A stretch of 64,000 bases of DNA from Azolla caroliniana. Taxonomy: Eukaryota; Plantae; Polypodiophyta. The position numbers were made by a program, and so were the translations under genes. Where the stretch lies: assembly GCA_043228905.1 (NCBI GenBank), contig JBHGNT010000104.1, positions 1 through 64,000 on the forward strand. Reading direction: 5' to 3'. Shown here piece by piece: positions 51,201 to 63,464 of the stretch (the stretch's first letter is position 1; each line of letters opens with the position of its first letter). The notes beneath the pieces were generated by a model that saw only the letters and a list, made by a program, of their open reading frames with translations, searched no databases and was not told where the DNA came from.

Positions 51201-51329
51201 TGCACGGGTAAGCTGGCTATGTATTCGTTGGAAACGGATGACGAATTGGGGAATGCTTTCCCCTGCCTCCTGTCGGATCGTATAAAACAGGCCCACCATC
51301 GTCGTCTGGTCGACCTCCTTGTGGAAAAA
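48288..51329 (-). pseudogene. Inverted gag(C-half)-protease-RT fragment of GS
   Basis: ORFs 49839-51392, 49179-49814 and 48288-49166 are in one frame with two TAG stops. Motifs VIDGGSG and VFLDDF. Confidence 0.93.
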
Positions 51330-51685
51330 TATGATTACCTTCCGGCGCGGAAAAGCCAAGGTCCGGGTACCGACACAACCACGGACGAGCAACGGTACCC
51401 CATTGTAATCGCAGCGGATAATTAATAGAGCGTATGGTGTTTATACTTCTGTGTTGATTTCCGTTCTGTAATTATTGTTATATCTTACGCGTGTAATTAA
51501 CAAAAGCGCTCTAATCGTGTAACCTACGTAAGTCGGTGTAATCGTTGAGTCATAATCCTATGCCGTAATCACCCTTTGGTGAAGTGTCTCCGTGACACCT
51601 TGTGTTAGGCCTTGTCCGGTCAGAGAACAACACAGTTTTGGCGACCACGATTCCTGCTTTCTCGCAGCGAACGACGGCTTAATGG

Positions 51686-52600
51686 ATGACTAGACCAACG
51701 CACGACCTGGTTACAGACCGAGCTCGACGCCTCGCCGAACGGCAAAGACGGCGTGAGACTTTCCAGCAAGCAGCGCACGAAATTCGCTCGGATCGTTCGT
51801 TCTCCAACGAGATCCGGAGAGTCGCGGAGGAATCTCTTCGGTTACAGCAAACTCGCGACCAGGACGACGAAAGCGGTCTAAGTAGTCTCCGGGAAACCGA
51901 ACGCCTCCTCGAGGCGCTGGCAAGCGGAGAAAACGAGGCAGAAGCCTTTTCAGCCTACGAATCGGATTCCGAAGGGGGATACAGCGTGCACACGAACTAC
52001 CGGAGTAGCAACGATACCCCCGGCGGCCCGGAGGACGACGGGTCGGATACCGTGCCGACTCCAGAACCGGAACCGTTCGACCAGGGCTATCCGGAACCGC
52101 AAACGGAAGCCGTCAACCCACCAACACCGGAAGTGGAAGAGGCAAAGCCACCGACACCAACGAAAGAGCCGGTGAAGGAACTGGAAGAAGAGCCGGTGAA
52201 GGAACCGGAAAAAGCACCGGAAAAAGAACCGGACGTGGAACCGGAGAGAAAACCGGAAAGATATCAACAAACGCCACTAAACCGCGGCCTAATACTGGAC
52301 GACGACATGCCGTTCCAATACTCAAAGTATCGCGATGATCCGGACGCGGAAGCGCATGTTCATGCCTTCGAGCAGACATGGGAAGCAAATCACGCGTCCC
52401 AGCGATTGACACCGGAGGAAGAAGAACGCTCAAAGATAGCGGAATTCGGGGTCACGTTGGAAGGACCAGCGGCACGATGGCGGCGGACGCAGGACCCGGC
52501 AACCATCACAACCTTTGCAGAATTAAAAGCAAAATTCTTGCATTTTTTCCAAAAGAAGGTTCGGACAGAGCTCCTCAGGCAACAACAGGCGGATAATTAA
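51686..52600 (+). CDS. Gag N-terminal half of GS fused to a short accessory-ORF-derived tail (304 aa open frame)
   Basis: MTRPTHDLV..FQYSKYRDDPDAEAH..KFLHFFQK followed by KVRTELLRQQQADN*. Confidence 0.8.
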   Translation: MTRPTHDLVTDRARRLAERQRRRETFQQAAHEIRSDRSFSNEIRRVAEESLRLQQTRDQDDESGLSSLRETERLLEALASGENEAEAFSAYESDSEGGYSVHTNYRSSNDTPGGPEDDGSDTVPTPEPEPFDQGYPEPQTEAVNPPTPEVEEAKPPTPTKEPVKELEEEPVKEPEKAPEKEPDVEPERKPERYQQTPLNRGLILDDDMPFQYSKYRDDPDAEAHVHAFEQTWEANHASQRLTPEEEERSKIAEFGVTLEGPAARWRRTQDPATITTFAELKAKFLHFFQKKVRTELLRQQQADN

Positions 52601-53473
52601 TAGAGCGTATGGTGTTTATACTTCTGTGTTGATTTCCGTTCTGTAATTATTGTTATATCTTACGCGTGTAATTAACAAAAGCGCTCTAATCGTGTAACCT
52701 ACGTAAGTCGGTGTAATCGTTGAGTCATAATCCTATGCCGTAATCACCCTTTGGTGAAGTGTCTCCGTGACACCTTGTGTTAGGCCTTGTCCGGTCAGAG
52801 AACAACAACCGGCCGGAAGTTGAAGGTGGTTCGAGCAAATAATGGAGGACAATACCGGGGGTAGTTCGAGGAGTACTGCCGGTCGAAGGGAATCCGACTC
52901 GAGTTTACTGTGCCGAAGATGCCGGAACTAAACGGGCTGGCTGAAAGGATGAACCGAACCATAATGGAGAGAGTCCGGAGCATGTTAGCACATGCAAAGT
53001 TACCCAAGACATTTTGGGCTGAGGCGCTGACGACGATGACTTATGTGATAAATAGATCACCCTCAACACCCTTGGAAGGAGACTCACCTCAGAAAGTATG
53101 GACTGGTAAAGATGTATCTTACCGGCATCTGAAGGTGTTCGAGTGTCTCGCATATGTGCATGTTGCAAAGGACAAGAGAGCAAAGCTGGCTATGAAGTCT
53201 AGGCCATGCATATTCCTTGGATACAACGATGATGAGTTCGGTTACCGGGTGTGGGATCTGGTTGACAAGAAGGTGTTCCGGAGTCGGGACATAGTCTTCA
53301 TGGAAGACAAGACCATTGCTGACTGGGAGTCGGAGAAGGTGATGAACTTCGGATCATTCATTGAAAACTGGCTCGAGGACACAAGGACTTACCCGGTTGA
53401 AAACCAGACGCTAGCCGGTAACCGGATGACACTCGATGAACCGACCGGACACAGACAAGAAATCGAACTGACC

Positions 53474-53537
53474 GAAGAAGAAGAAGAAGAAGAAGAAGAA
53501 GAAGAAGAAGAAAAAGAAGAAGAAGAAGAAGAAGAAG
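53474..53537 (+). repeat. (GAA)n microsatellite encoding poly-Glu in the C3 INT-RT linker
   Basis: About 21 GAA/AAA codons. Confidence 0.95.
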
Positions 53538-56500
53538 ACACCGGAACCGGACAAGATCCCGAATCAGATTCGGATTCAGAACAAATGGAGGAACCGACAG
53601 TTAGAAACCAGGGACGAAGATATCCCCTCCGAGGGAGAAGAGCCCCCTTGAGATTTCTGGATGCAAAGCATGTGTTGCTAACCGATGAGGGGGAGCCGGA
53701 AAGCTTCGAAGAAGCAAAGAGAGACACCCACAACCACAAGTGGTTGAGTGCCATGCAGGATGAGATGGATTCCCTACATGAGAACCACACATATGAACTG
53801 ACGGAGTTGCCGAAAGGGAAGAGAGCACTCCAGAATAAGTGGGTGTACAAGTTGAAACCGGGAGATGCCAGAAATCCACCTAGGTATAAGGCCCGAATCG
53901 TAGTGAAGGGCTTCTAGCAGAAGAAAGGAGTGGATTTCGATGAGATCTTTGCCCCGGTAGTAAAGATGACATCCATCCGGACGGTATTGGGCATAGCGGC
54001 AAGCATGGACCTCGAGGTAGAGCAACTGGACGTCAAGACGGCATTCCTACATGGTGACCTCGAAGAGATCTACATGCACCAACCAAAGGGATTTGAGAGG
54101 AAAGGGAAGGAGCACCTGGTGTGCCAACTAAAGAAGAGCCTATACGAATTGAAGCAAGCCCCCTGGCAATGGTATCGGAAGTTCGACTCCTTCATGACCG
54201 AGCAAGGGTACCACAAAACACAAGCCGATCACTGCGTGTTTGTGAAGAAATTTGACAGAGGAGATTTCCTGATACTCCTAAATGTGGATGATATGCTGAT
54301 CGTCAGACAAGACCAAGGCAAGATTTGGATGCTGAAGAAGGCTCTGAACCGAACCTTCTCAATGAAAGACTTGGGTTCAGCAAGACAAATATTGGGAATG
54401 CACATCATCCGAGACCGGTCGAAGAAGCTGTTGTGGCTGTCACAGGAGAAGTATGTGACAAAGGTGCTTCAACGGTTCAACATGTCGGAGGCGAAACCAG
54501 TCGGATCGACAATTCTGGCAAACTGCAAGTTATCTGGAAAACAAAGCTCGAGGACAAAGGCGGAGAAGATGGATATGATGAAGATACCATATGCCCCTGC
54601 CGTCAGGAGCCGGATGTACGCAATGGTATGTACCCGACCGGATATCAGATATGCAGTTGGAGTGGTGAGCCGTTTCATGAGTAATCCCGGCAAAGAGCAC
54701 TAGAACGCGGTCAAGTCGATACTCTGGTATTTGAAGGCACCTTGAGTATGTGCCTCCGGTTTAGCTCTGGTAATCCCCAACTTGACGGATTCACGGATTC
54801 GGATATGTCAGCTGATGCAGATACCAGCCGGTCTACATCTAGATATGTCATGACCTATGCAGGGGGAGCTATTTTGTGGCAGTCAAGGCTGTCGAAGACG
54901 GTTGCATTGTCAACCATGGAGGTGGAGTACATGGAAGCTGTAGAAGCCGGTAAGGAGATAATTTGGATAAAGGAATTCATCGGAGAGCTAGGAATCCAAC
55001 AGGAGGAATATCGGCTCTACTACGATAGTCAAAGTGCCATCCACCTTGCAAAGAACATGGCCTACCATTCCCAGACGAAACATATCCAATGGAGGTACCA
55101 CTGGATCTGTGAAAGAGTAGAAGATCAAGAGTTCGTGCTGACGAAGATCCACACGGAGGAGAACATGTCGGACATGTTGACCAAGGTCTTGACAACCAAC
55201 AAGCTGGACGCGTGCGGAAAGCGGATCGGGCTGACAAGATATCCCATGCCGGAGTGAAGGGGGAGATTGTTGGGAAACCGGTCTCTCCGGATGGGATCCG
55301 GTGATGAATAAAGAGGACTTGGTGAGAACTGGAAGAGAAGACATATCAGTAAATATGTTTTGAGTAAGCCTATTGAGGCTGTATTTGTAAATAGCCCTAA
55401 GTTCATATAAGTATAAATATGACTTAGGGCAATCACTTTGTAAGGTTGTTGTAGTTGTCATACTATTGTAACTGTTGTACAGAGAGCGACAGAGAGAGAG
55501 AGTGTGAGATATAGAGAGATACTTGTTGTAACTGCTGGTTGGCGAAGATACAGAGCTCGAGGTCATTGCCTCCGAGGCTCTAATTGTACCTTTCTCCCAT
55601 AGTGATAGTTGGAGTTCATGGGCTCCCGTGGTTTTTTCCCTATTTGGGTTTTCCACGTAAACATCCTGTGTATTTCCGTTGTGTACTCTCCAATTCCCAT
55701 TTCTGTGTTTCACTCTCATAGAAGTGATTCAAGACTTGGTTGTGGCCAAGAAATATTCCGTGCTAATCCTCGACAGAGGGGTCACGTGATTTGAGGCGCC
55801 TGAATCCAAGAGCCATGTGCGCGATTCCTCTATCGTAAGTAGAATTTCTGATTCGACTGGGTTCTCAATGGATAGTATGTTTGGGTCGCTCGACAGTATT
55901 TCGGCGGAAGAGCCGACGTAATTGACCTCTTCATGCCGACCACTCTTCTGATAAGCTCACTGAGCCTTTTCGATTTTAGCCTTGAGTGCGCAGCAATTGG
56001 CTTTGATGTGTCCGAGTTTCTTGCAATAGTTGCAAACTCAATTATCCCGACATGTACAACGACTTCGCTGGTTGTTCGGCTGCCATGAAGAACCTCTTCC
56101 TTGGTTGTTCAATCTGTCGGTCGAACCTTGTACTACATAAGCATCGTTGGCCAAATCATTTGCAAATGATTTTCTCCAAGTTGCTTTAGTCAGAATTGCG
56201 CTTGTGACTGAGGAGTACTTAACAGTAGCAGTCGACGCATTGCACAGTTGTAACGAAAGTTTCCCACGAAGGGGGGAGACTACTCAGAAGCAACATTGCT
56301 CTTAGTTCATCCTCGATAGTTGTCCCCTGAGCCACAATTTGGGAACTTAAGCTTTCGTACTCGTTCAGATGTGCCTAGACCGAGCCAGATTCTTTCATCC
56401 AATGATTATAAAAGCACCGAATCAGATATATCTTGGTTGCGGCTACCTGCTTCTCATAAGTATCCGACAATGTCTTCCATAGTTGAAAGGCAGTCGAACA

Positions 56501-57567
56501 CGATTGCACCGTGAAGTACACAGACTTCGATAGGTGCATCCAAATTGTGGCTCAGACAATTCTGTCGAGTTTCTCCCATTCAAGCGACGTGTATCCTTTT
56601 GAGGCATTTTCGTTTTCGATGGGGTCGATTTGCCCATTGACTATCAAGTAGTCTTGCATCTACTCCTTCCAGAAGTTGAAGTTCGATCCGTCGAACTTCT
56701 TCAGATTCATCTCTGATGAGTCGGATGTTGATGCCATCCATGTCAGTAAGGTGAACTCTATTCGGGGTCGATTACGAACGGTGGTTGGGTGCAACCAACT
56801 GGCTCACCCGAATTGTTCTAGTTGGATTCGAACACAAGTTTAACTGATTTTGACTTGTTGGAGGATTCTGTTTGAGGTGGTTACAGTCGATTGACTTAGC
56901 CGAATTGAACACGAACATGCCGATTAGCCGATAGGATTTCGAATGTTGAGAGATTCGATCAAGAGTGACTATGACTGATCAACGTAGTCGAATTGGATCC
57001 AAATTTTGCAAATATCAAAAAACTGATCACAAATGTTTGTGCCAATTATCTAGGCCGATCCTGTTTCGGATGACTGCAACAATGAGAGGGACGGAGCCGA
57101 CTGGTCCTCCCGAATTTCGTTCAACCGAATGAAACATGGATTGGGGTTGTACCCTGGTGCCGACTTCGCTTCGAGTTGTTATGGTGAGTGAGTGAATAAC
57201 GTCAGATGACCTATTTGATTTTCGCCTAACCGGATGAAGTGCAAGTGTGGCTTGATCAAGAGAAGGGTTTCACTCCAAACAACGACAATTACAAGGTCGA
57301 AGTACAACTGACTGACTTACTTCAAGAGTGATTTTGAACAATGGGGTGCATACCTTCAGTTGTCTATCTTCGTCAAATATGATCTTGTTGTGAGTTGCCA
57401 ATCGAGGTCTTCAAGGTGCACAGAGGAAGAGTTGTTGATGGAGATAAAGTAGACGGCGACAACAGAATCAAGAATACCAAGCTCTAATACTAGATGTTGA
57501 GAACACGGTCGTCTAGTGCAGAACAAATTAACATTCTTTTGAATAGAAGATCATAAACAAATACAAT

Positions 57568-57692
57568 TGTTGAGAGACAAGCTCAACATTGGGTGCGTAA
57601 CCTAGTGCGTAGACTGGGTGTGTAAAACCGTACGCACAATATGGCCGTAGCGGTGTGTAAACCGAGAGGCCGTTAGAATGTTATTCCTCGTA
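57568..57692 (+). repeat. 5' fragment of a C4-family copia LTR
   Basis: TGTTGAGAGACAAGCTCAACATT..GGCCGTTAGAA..ATTCCTCGTA matches the reverse complement of 62680-62826. Confidence 0.85.
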
Positions 57693-57846
57693 GACCTTCA
57701 GTTGTCTCTCTTCGTCAAATATGATCTTTTCGGGAGTTGCCAATCAAGGTCTTCAAGGTGTACAGAGGAAGAGTTGCTGATGGAGATAAAGTAGACGACG
57801 ACAACAGAATCAAGAACACCAAGCTCTGATGCTAGATGTTGAGAAC
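57693..57846 (-). repeat. Second copy of the C2 leader, PBS and LTR end
   Basis: Diverged direct repeat of 57352-57504. Confidence 0.85.
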
Positions 57847-60800
57847 TGTTGTCTGCCGGAATAGTAACCGACGGACAGGAGTGCAGAAATATAGAATATA
57901 GTATAAACGTAACGCATGTAAACGGCTCACACGGGAAGCGTGAATGGCTAAAAGACCCTGTGTATATAAAGGGCAGAAATCCTCTGATAGAGGTAGCATG
58001 TAAATTTTGGTGCATAGAGCGTATCTTAATAGAGTGTTATCTTCTCTGATACCCTATGCATATCTATGGTTAATCTACTGTGTGTCTGTGGTTCTTGGTG
58101 GCATATTGTAATCACTATAATCGTAAGAAGCGTAGGCGTAAGTGCGACTGCTGTGACAAGTGCACTGTCTAGGGAGTTCGGTTGTAGTCGTCTCTCGTAT
58201 ACGCTGCTAGGATACAGAGAGTTATCCCATTACGTATTACGACACAACAGTACCATTCGGGGCTATGCAGTCACCTTGAGGTCTAGGTCAAAGGACTAAC
58301 TGAAGACCGTGTTCCTAATCGGTAACACTTTTGGCACAGTTGGTGATCTGTGTCTTCTCACAAACGAACAACGACGAATGGATGTTTAGCTGCAGACATC
58401 CCAGAGAACCAACACGACAAGATCAACCAATCACAAGGTCCATCACACGCCAGGCAGAGGAACGCGCACGGAAAAAACCTCGCCTCAGTAACCTCAGTGA
58501 TACTAGTCGGGACCACAAAGACGACTTTTCGCTCACCAAATACCCCGACGACAGGCAACAAGTTCGCTCACCACACAAGCACCGTGGTCCTTCCCTGCCC
58601 ACCGTAGTGTCCAGCATGGCCTTCTCGTATCCCCGCTTCAACGGCGAAACCGACGCCACAATCCACATTCACCTGTTCCTAAATGTCTAGAATGCAAATC
58701 ACATGGCGTAGAGCCTTCCTGAAGAAGTTGCGCACCAGTCCAAAACGACAGAGTTCGGATTAACTCTGGATGGGAGAGCGGCGTTTTGGCCTTCGTAGAT
58801 GGATCTGCTAGCAATCAAGACCTTTGACCAGCTGCAGTCGGCTTTTTTGCGTTTCTTTCCTTGGAAGGTGCCGCAACGCGAAATCCTCGGGCAGTTTTAT
58901 ACAATTAAACAGTTGCCGATTGAGACTGTAGCAGATTTTAGTTTATGCTTCCAAAATCTACGACGGAAGTTAGAACGGGGGCCGATAGAGGACGAGGCTC
59001 GGGAGACATTCCTAGCAGCTCTACGATGACCAATACAGACGACGCTCAACAATAGTAGCGTGAAAGGAGAAACGGCCGACATGGTCATAGAATGAGCGCT
59101 ACAGCTCAAGCTGGATGAAGAAGAAGAACGGTTTTCCATGTCCTCATTATGGCAAGCGTTACCTTAGGACGAGGAACGACACTTCCGCCAGGCAATCCAC
59201 TGCACGATTTGCTTGAATTCTGGGCATTCCGTAGTCAATTACAACATGCGAATCCATTGCCCAATCTGTCACTTGAAAGCACACACGGTCGAGCAGTGTG
59301 AGTACAATATGTTGAACAGAGCCACGCCCATAGTACGAAGCGTGGAAACACAACGCCCCACTCGCCGGAATGAGCAAAGGCGCCAAGAGGAATGACCCCG
59401 GTATATGGTTGACCGAGCAGTCGGTGTTGTACTTGACCTTGTACACCCACCTACATCCGATCGGCTTCACACCCTTCGGTGCGTCAACCAGGTCCCAGGT
59501 CTCGTTTTCCGCCAATGCGTGCATCTCTTCCTCCATCACGGCGCGCCAATTCGCGTCCTTCGCCGCTTCTGCGTAGCTCTCTGGCTCACACACTTCCGCT
59601 ACACGGGTCATGTACGCATAGTGATGCGCCATGTACTCGTTGTATCCGAACCGCACAATCGGGTTCTTTTGGCGGGTAAATCGGCGTAATCGGTTATTAG
59701 CTGATGTCGAGGTCTTCTCGGCCGATGCGGAAGTCATTCCTGAAGGCCCGTCACCGCCTCCCTCGGAGTCGGACTTGCGTCGGTCTGACTCGTTCTTATC
59801 CGTGCCGGAATCCGACACCTTCTTCTTCCCTTTCTCTTCGCGTGTAAGCCGTCTCCTCAGCTTCCAACGTGGGGAATGCACGGCCGAGTCTCCACTACTC
59901 GCCGGCTCTTCATCGGACTGGTCGTACCGACTCAATCGTCCATTCGGTCCACTTAACCGAACCGAAATCGGACTCTCTTCGGGGGTCCCGATTTCAAGCT
60001 CAGCCGGAGGCACCTCGGCCTCACTGTCCTCATTGTCAGAACTCGGATTGGAGGTGAGGTCCGGAGTCAGAGGCAAGTACCAGGACGCGGACTCATCAAA
60101 CACAATGTCGCGGCTCACGCGCGGTTGTTTGGTACGCGGGTTATAGCACTTTAAACCCTTCTACTCGTCCGAATAGCCGACCAATTTACACTTCTCGGCT
60201 TTTGTGTCCAACTTCCTCCTTTTCTCCTTCGGCACATGTACATACGCAATGCTACTGAAAACTCGTAAGTGTCACAATTTTGGCTTTGTTCCAAAGTATA
60301 GCTCGTACGCCGACACTTTTTCTTCTATCCGGTTCTGGATGTATACCGCGGTTCTTACCGCCTCGGCCCAATAGAACTTGGGCAAGCTCTTCTCCTCCAG
60401 CATTGCGCGTGCAGCTTCCACAATTGACCGATTTTTTCTCTCGGCCACGCCGTTTTGCTCCGGCGTGTATCTACAACTGAATTCGCGCCAAATTCCCATC
60501 TGTTGTAGATAACCGTTGAATTGACCGGAAAAGTATTCTTTTCCGCCATCCGACTGCAGGCACTTGATCTTTCTTCCTGTTTCCATTACCACGAACCCTT
60601 TGAGGTCCCGGAAACAGTCGAAGACTTCACTTTTCCTCTCAATGAGGTAGATCCACGTGTGCCGCGTGTAGTCGTCGATGAAGGAGACAAAATTTCGGCT
60701 CCCGCCAAGGCTAACATTTTGTGCTGGCCCCCACACATTAGAGTGTATCAAGTCTAGCTTGTTCCGGCTTCGGTTACGCTCGTTTGGGAAAGGAAGTCGG

Positions 60801-63460
60801 TGTTGCTTCCCAAGCTGGCAGGCTTCACAAATTTGTGCCTTCCGGCCACTAAATTTGGGCAATCCAAACACCACTTGTTTTGATTGCAGGTCTTGACGTC
60901 GCTGGTAGTTGACGTGGCCTATCCGTTTGTGCCATAAGTCGATGTCCGACTCGACTTTTTGTCCCTTCGCGAACATTGCAGTGCCACCGTCAGTACAGTC
61001 GAGGATAAACATCCTCCCATCTCTACGCCCTTGCGCAATAATACGACCTTCTTCCTCAATGAAGCACCCAAGATGCGTAAACCGAACCTGCATCCCCTGG
61101 TCGACAATCTGCCCGACCGACACCAGATTCTTCGTGATGGTCAGGATGTGTAGCACGTTCATAAGTTTCCCTTTCTACCCGACATGGCTCAAGGGAGCTT
61201 CACCGACATTCACGATCGGATGCGGAGTGTCGTCTCCAGTTGCGACTACTCCTGGTTGCGTCGGTTTGTCAAGGTATGAGAACCACTCCTTGTGGCACGT
61301 CATGTGGTTTGACGCGCCGGAGTCGACATACCACACCTCGTTTGATTTCGGGGCGGACTGTTTCATTGAGTTTGCTTCGTGTCTCGTCACGAAGACTAAC
61401 CCTTTTCCGGTTTTTCCGGATCCTTCGGCGTAGTGCGATCGCTGCCGATTTCCTTTGTCGGTATGTCCGGAACCAGACCTCTCCGACTCGGCGCGCTTCT
61501 TCCAACACTCGCTCTCCCTGAGGCCTTTCTTGCCACAGTACCAACATTCCGTGGCGGATTTCCCTTTCTGGTTCTCGTCGTCTCGACTCCCCCTGTTTCT
61601 GGAGGGTCTGGAATTGCTGTCGGCATCACTTCGGTGCGTTCTTCCTTGATCCCGTCGGCCGCCTCCATTGCGTACCGACTCGCCTCGTCCGCCACGACCA
61701 CAGGGCCTTTCTCCCTCCGTGTACAACATCTTGCTGTCGGTGTGCGTGCTCGTCGACGCACCAGCGTGGTTCTCCTCTACCAGGAGCATCGACTGTAAGT
61801 CGAAAAAGGACGACGTATTCTCCCGGGTACACACTGCAGTTCGGAATGCCCCGAACTTTGACGCCAAACCCCCGAGATAGACCTGGACCATCTCGCTTTC
61901 CTCGATGTTCACATCGATGGAAGCTAAGGAGCCGCATATGTCCTTAATCCTCGAGGTATAGTTAGCTACCGACAAATCGCGTTGTCGTAGGTTGCTCAAC
62001 TCCCGTCGAAGCTGAAGCTTCCTGGCTGTGGTGCTCGCGGCGAAAATCTTCTTTAGATTTTCCCATGCACCCTTCGGCGTTTTTGCATCCCGAACGTAGC
62101 TTAGCAGCTATTCACCCACAGAAGACGCGAAGCAGTATAGCACTCTGCTTGCCGATTGTTCCCACGCCGGGAAGTCTTTGTGTGTCGAATTGGGTGCTGT
62201 GTCATTTGCTCCATCGACATAGCTCCAGTAACCATGTCCAAGCAGGTACTGGTGCATCTTGTAGGACCAAGATGCGTAGTTGGTTCTGTCGAGCTTCTCC
62301 GTTGGAAGCGAGCTAGCCATTCCTCTGTCCATCGGTTTTCTTGTTCTTCTTCGTTGGTTTTTCCTTCAAGCAAAGTCAGCTGCAGAGGTTCTCAACCCTC
62401 GCGCTCTGATACCATGAAAAGAATGGCGTGCGGAAGCAATATAGGAACACCGAACAACAGAAAACGCAGGTTTAATGGAAAGCTTAGGTTTTCACAGTAC
62501 GCACAGGAGAGACAGAGAGAGAGTAACACAAGAACTTAAATTCGAAAATAATACTCAATCTCTACATAGGATGTGCTCAGTGAGCACTTTTATACAAGCC
62601 CTAACAACGGCTGACACAAGTACTGATAGTACTTGACTGCTCATAAATGAGCCTCGACACTTACTCCCAAAACTATTCCTTACGAGGAATATCTTTCTAA
62701 CGGCCTTTCGGTCTACGCACCGATACGGCCTTTCTACGCACCGGTCTATGTATCGGTTTTATGCACCCAGTCTACACACTGGTTATGCATCGTATTATGC
62801 ACAAATGTTGAGCTTGTCTCTCAACAACCGACGCTACGAGAATTACCGTCCGACGAACAAACGTGGCAGCTTCAATGGGCCTCGCAGAAAACATCGTCAG
62901 TATCGGGACCAACGGTGGTACGAGGAAAGTTCGGACGAGAACCGGCACCAAGAACCACGCCGGGACCAACAACAACCACTGCGTACGCTCTGAAGAACGA
63001 ACCAGGACCTGGGAGGAGCAAGTCACACCTGGGGATCAGCACACACCACTAGTTGTTGAGAAAGGCGAATCTAGTGTCCACTGTTTTGTTTTCCAACAAC
63101 CCGAACACTACGCAATGCCCATTACACAAGGGCGAGGGGCCCGCCATCAATACGATTACGGCTGAAGTGCAGCAAGTCACGACACGCCAACAAACAAAAA
63201 ATGTTGATTGGGCCACGCAAGGTGAGATACATCAGACGACCCAAGCATGGGTTGGAAAAGCAAACGTGGCAAATACGGAACGCACGCGGAAGGAGTCCAC
63301 AAACACGGTGGAGCCGTTGGAGGAAGAGGTAATATCTCCGAATCCCATATGGCAAGCACTGGCAGGTTGTGAGATAACGCTAACAATGGAGAGGCTACTT
63401 CAACTAGTCCCATGGTTCCGCTAGGTCATGAAGGATCGTATAACGGGCAAACCTGGGGTA
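57847..63460 (+). mobile_element. GC: 5' part of a divergent gypsy related to GA, interrupted by C4
   Basis: LTR TGTTGTC(57847)..GGTAACA(58327), PBS-like TGGCACAGTTGG 58332-58343. Gag remnants (FSYPRFNGETDATIHIHLF; CTICLNSGH..CPICHLKAH) 58382-59405 continue at 62827-63460. Confidence 0.8.
59406..62826 (-). mobile_element. C4: 3'-truncated Ty1/copia (Ale/Ivana-like): 5' LTR, PBS, gag-PR-INT and RT start
   Basis: LTR 62415-62826, PBS TGGTATCAGAGC 62403-62414, ATG 62320 (MASSLPTEKLDRTNYASW). Motifs WYVDSGAS, LWHKRIGH, QSDGGKEY, PIGCRWVYKVK, then a break at ~59406. Confidence 0.92.
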
Positions 63461-63464
63461 AGCA

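Larger units (their letters stand above)
47897..52807. mobile_element. GS: internally scrambled Ty3/gypsy of the GA/GB family
   Basis: TSD ACCGG (47892-47896, 52808-52812). LTR pieces 47897-48301, 51397-51632 and 52589-52807. Inverted gag-PR-RT 48302-51329. Forward PBS 51639 and gag N-terminus 51686-52555. Confidence 0.93.
45668..55775 (+). mobile_element. C3: full-length degenerate Ty1/copia (pol close to C1), interrupted by GS
   Basis: LTRs 45668-46216 and 55268-55775. TSD GAGGG (45663-45667, 55776-55780). PBS TGGTATCAGAGC 46219-46230. PPT GGAGTGAAGGGGGAG before 55268. Coding 46245-47896 and 52813-55257. Confidence 0.95.
38948..57567 (-). mobile_element. C2: old Ty1/copia element, host of the nested insertions N, C3 and GS
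   Basis: 3' LTR 38948-39286. 5' LTR stub 57495-57567 with a decayed iMet PBS 57481-57492. Gag ATG 56737 (MASTSDSSEMNLKKFDGSNFNFWK). Coding remnants at 55781-56737, 45419-45662 and 39500-41934 (LDVKTTFLHG, YVDNML, YTDSNFAG). Confidence 0.88.
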
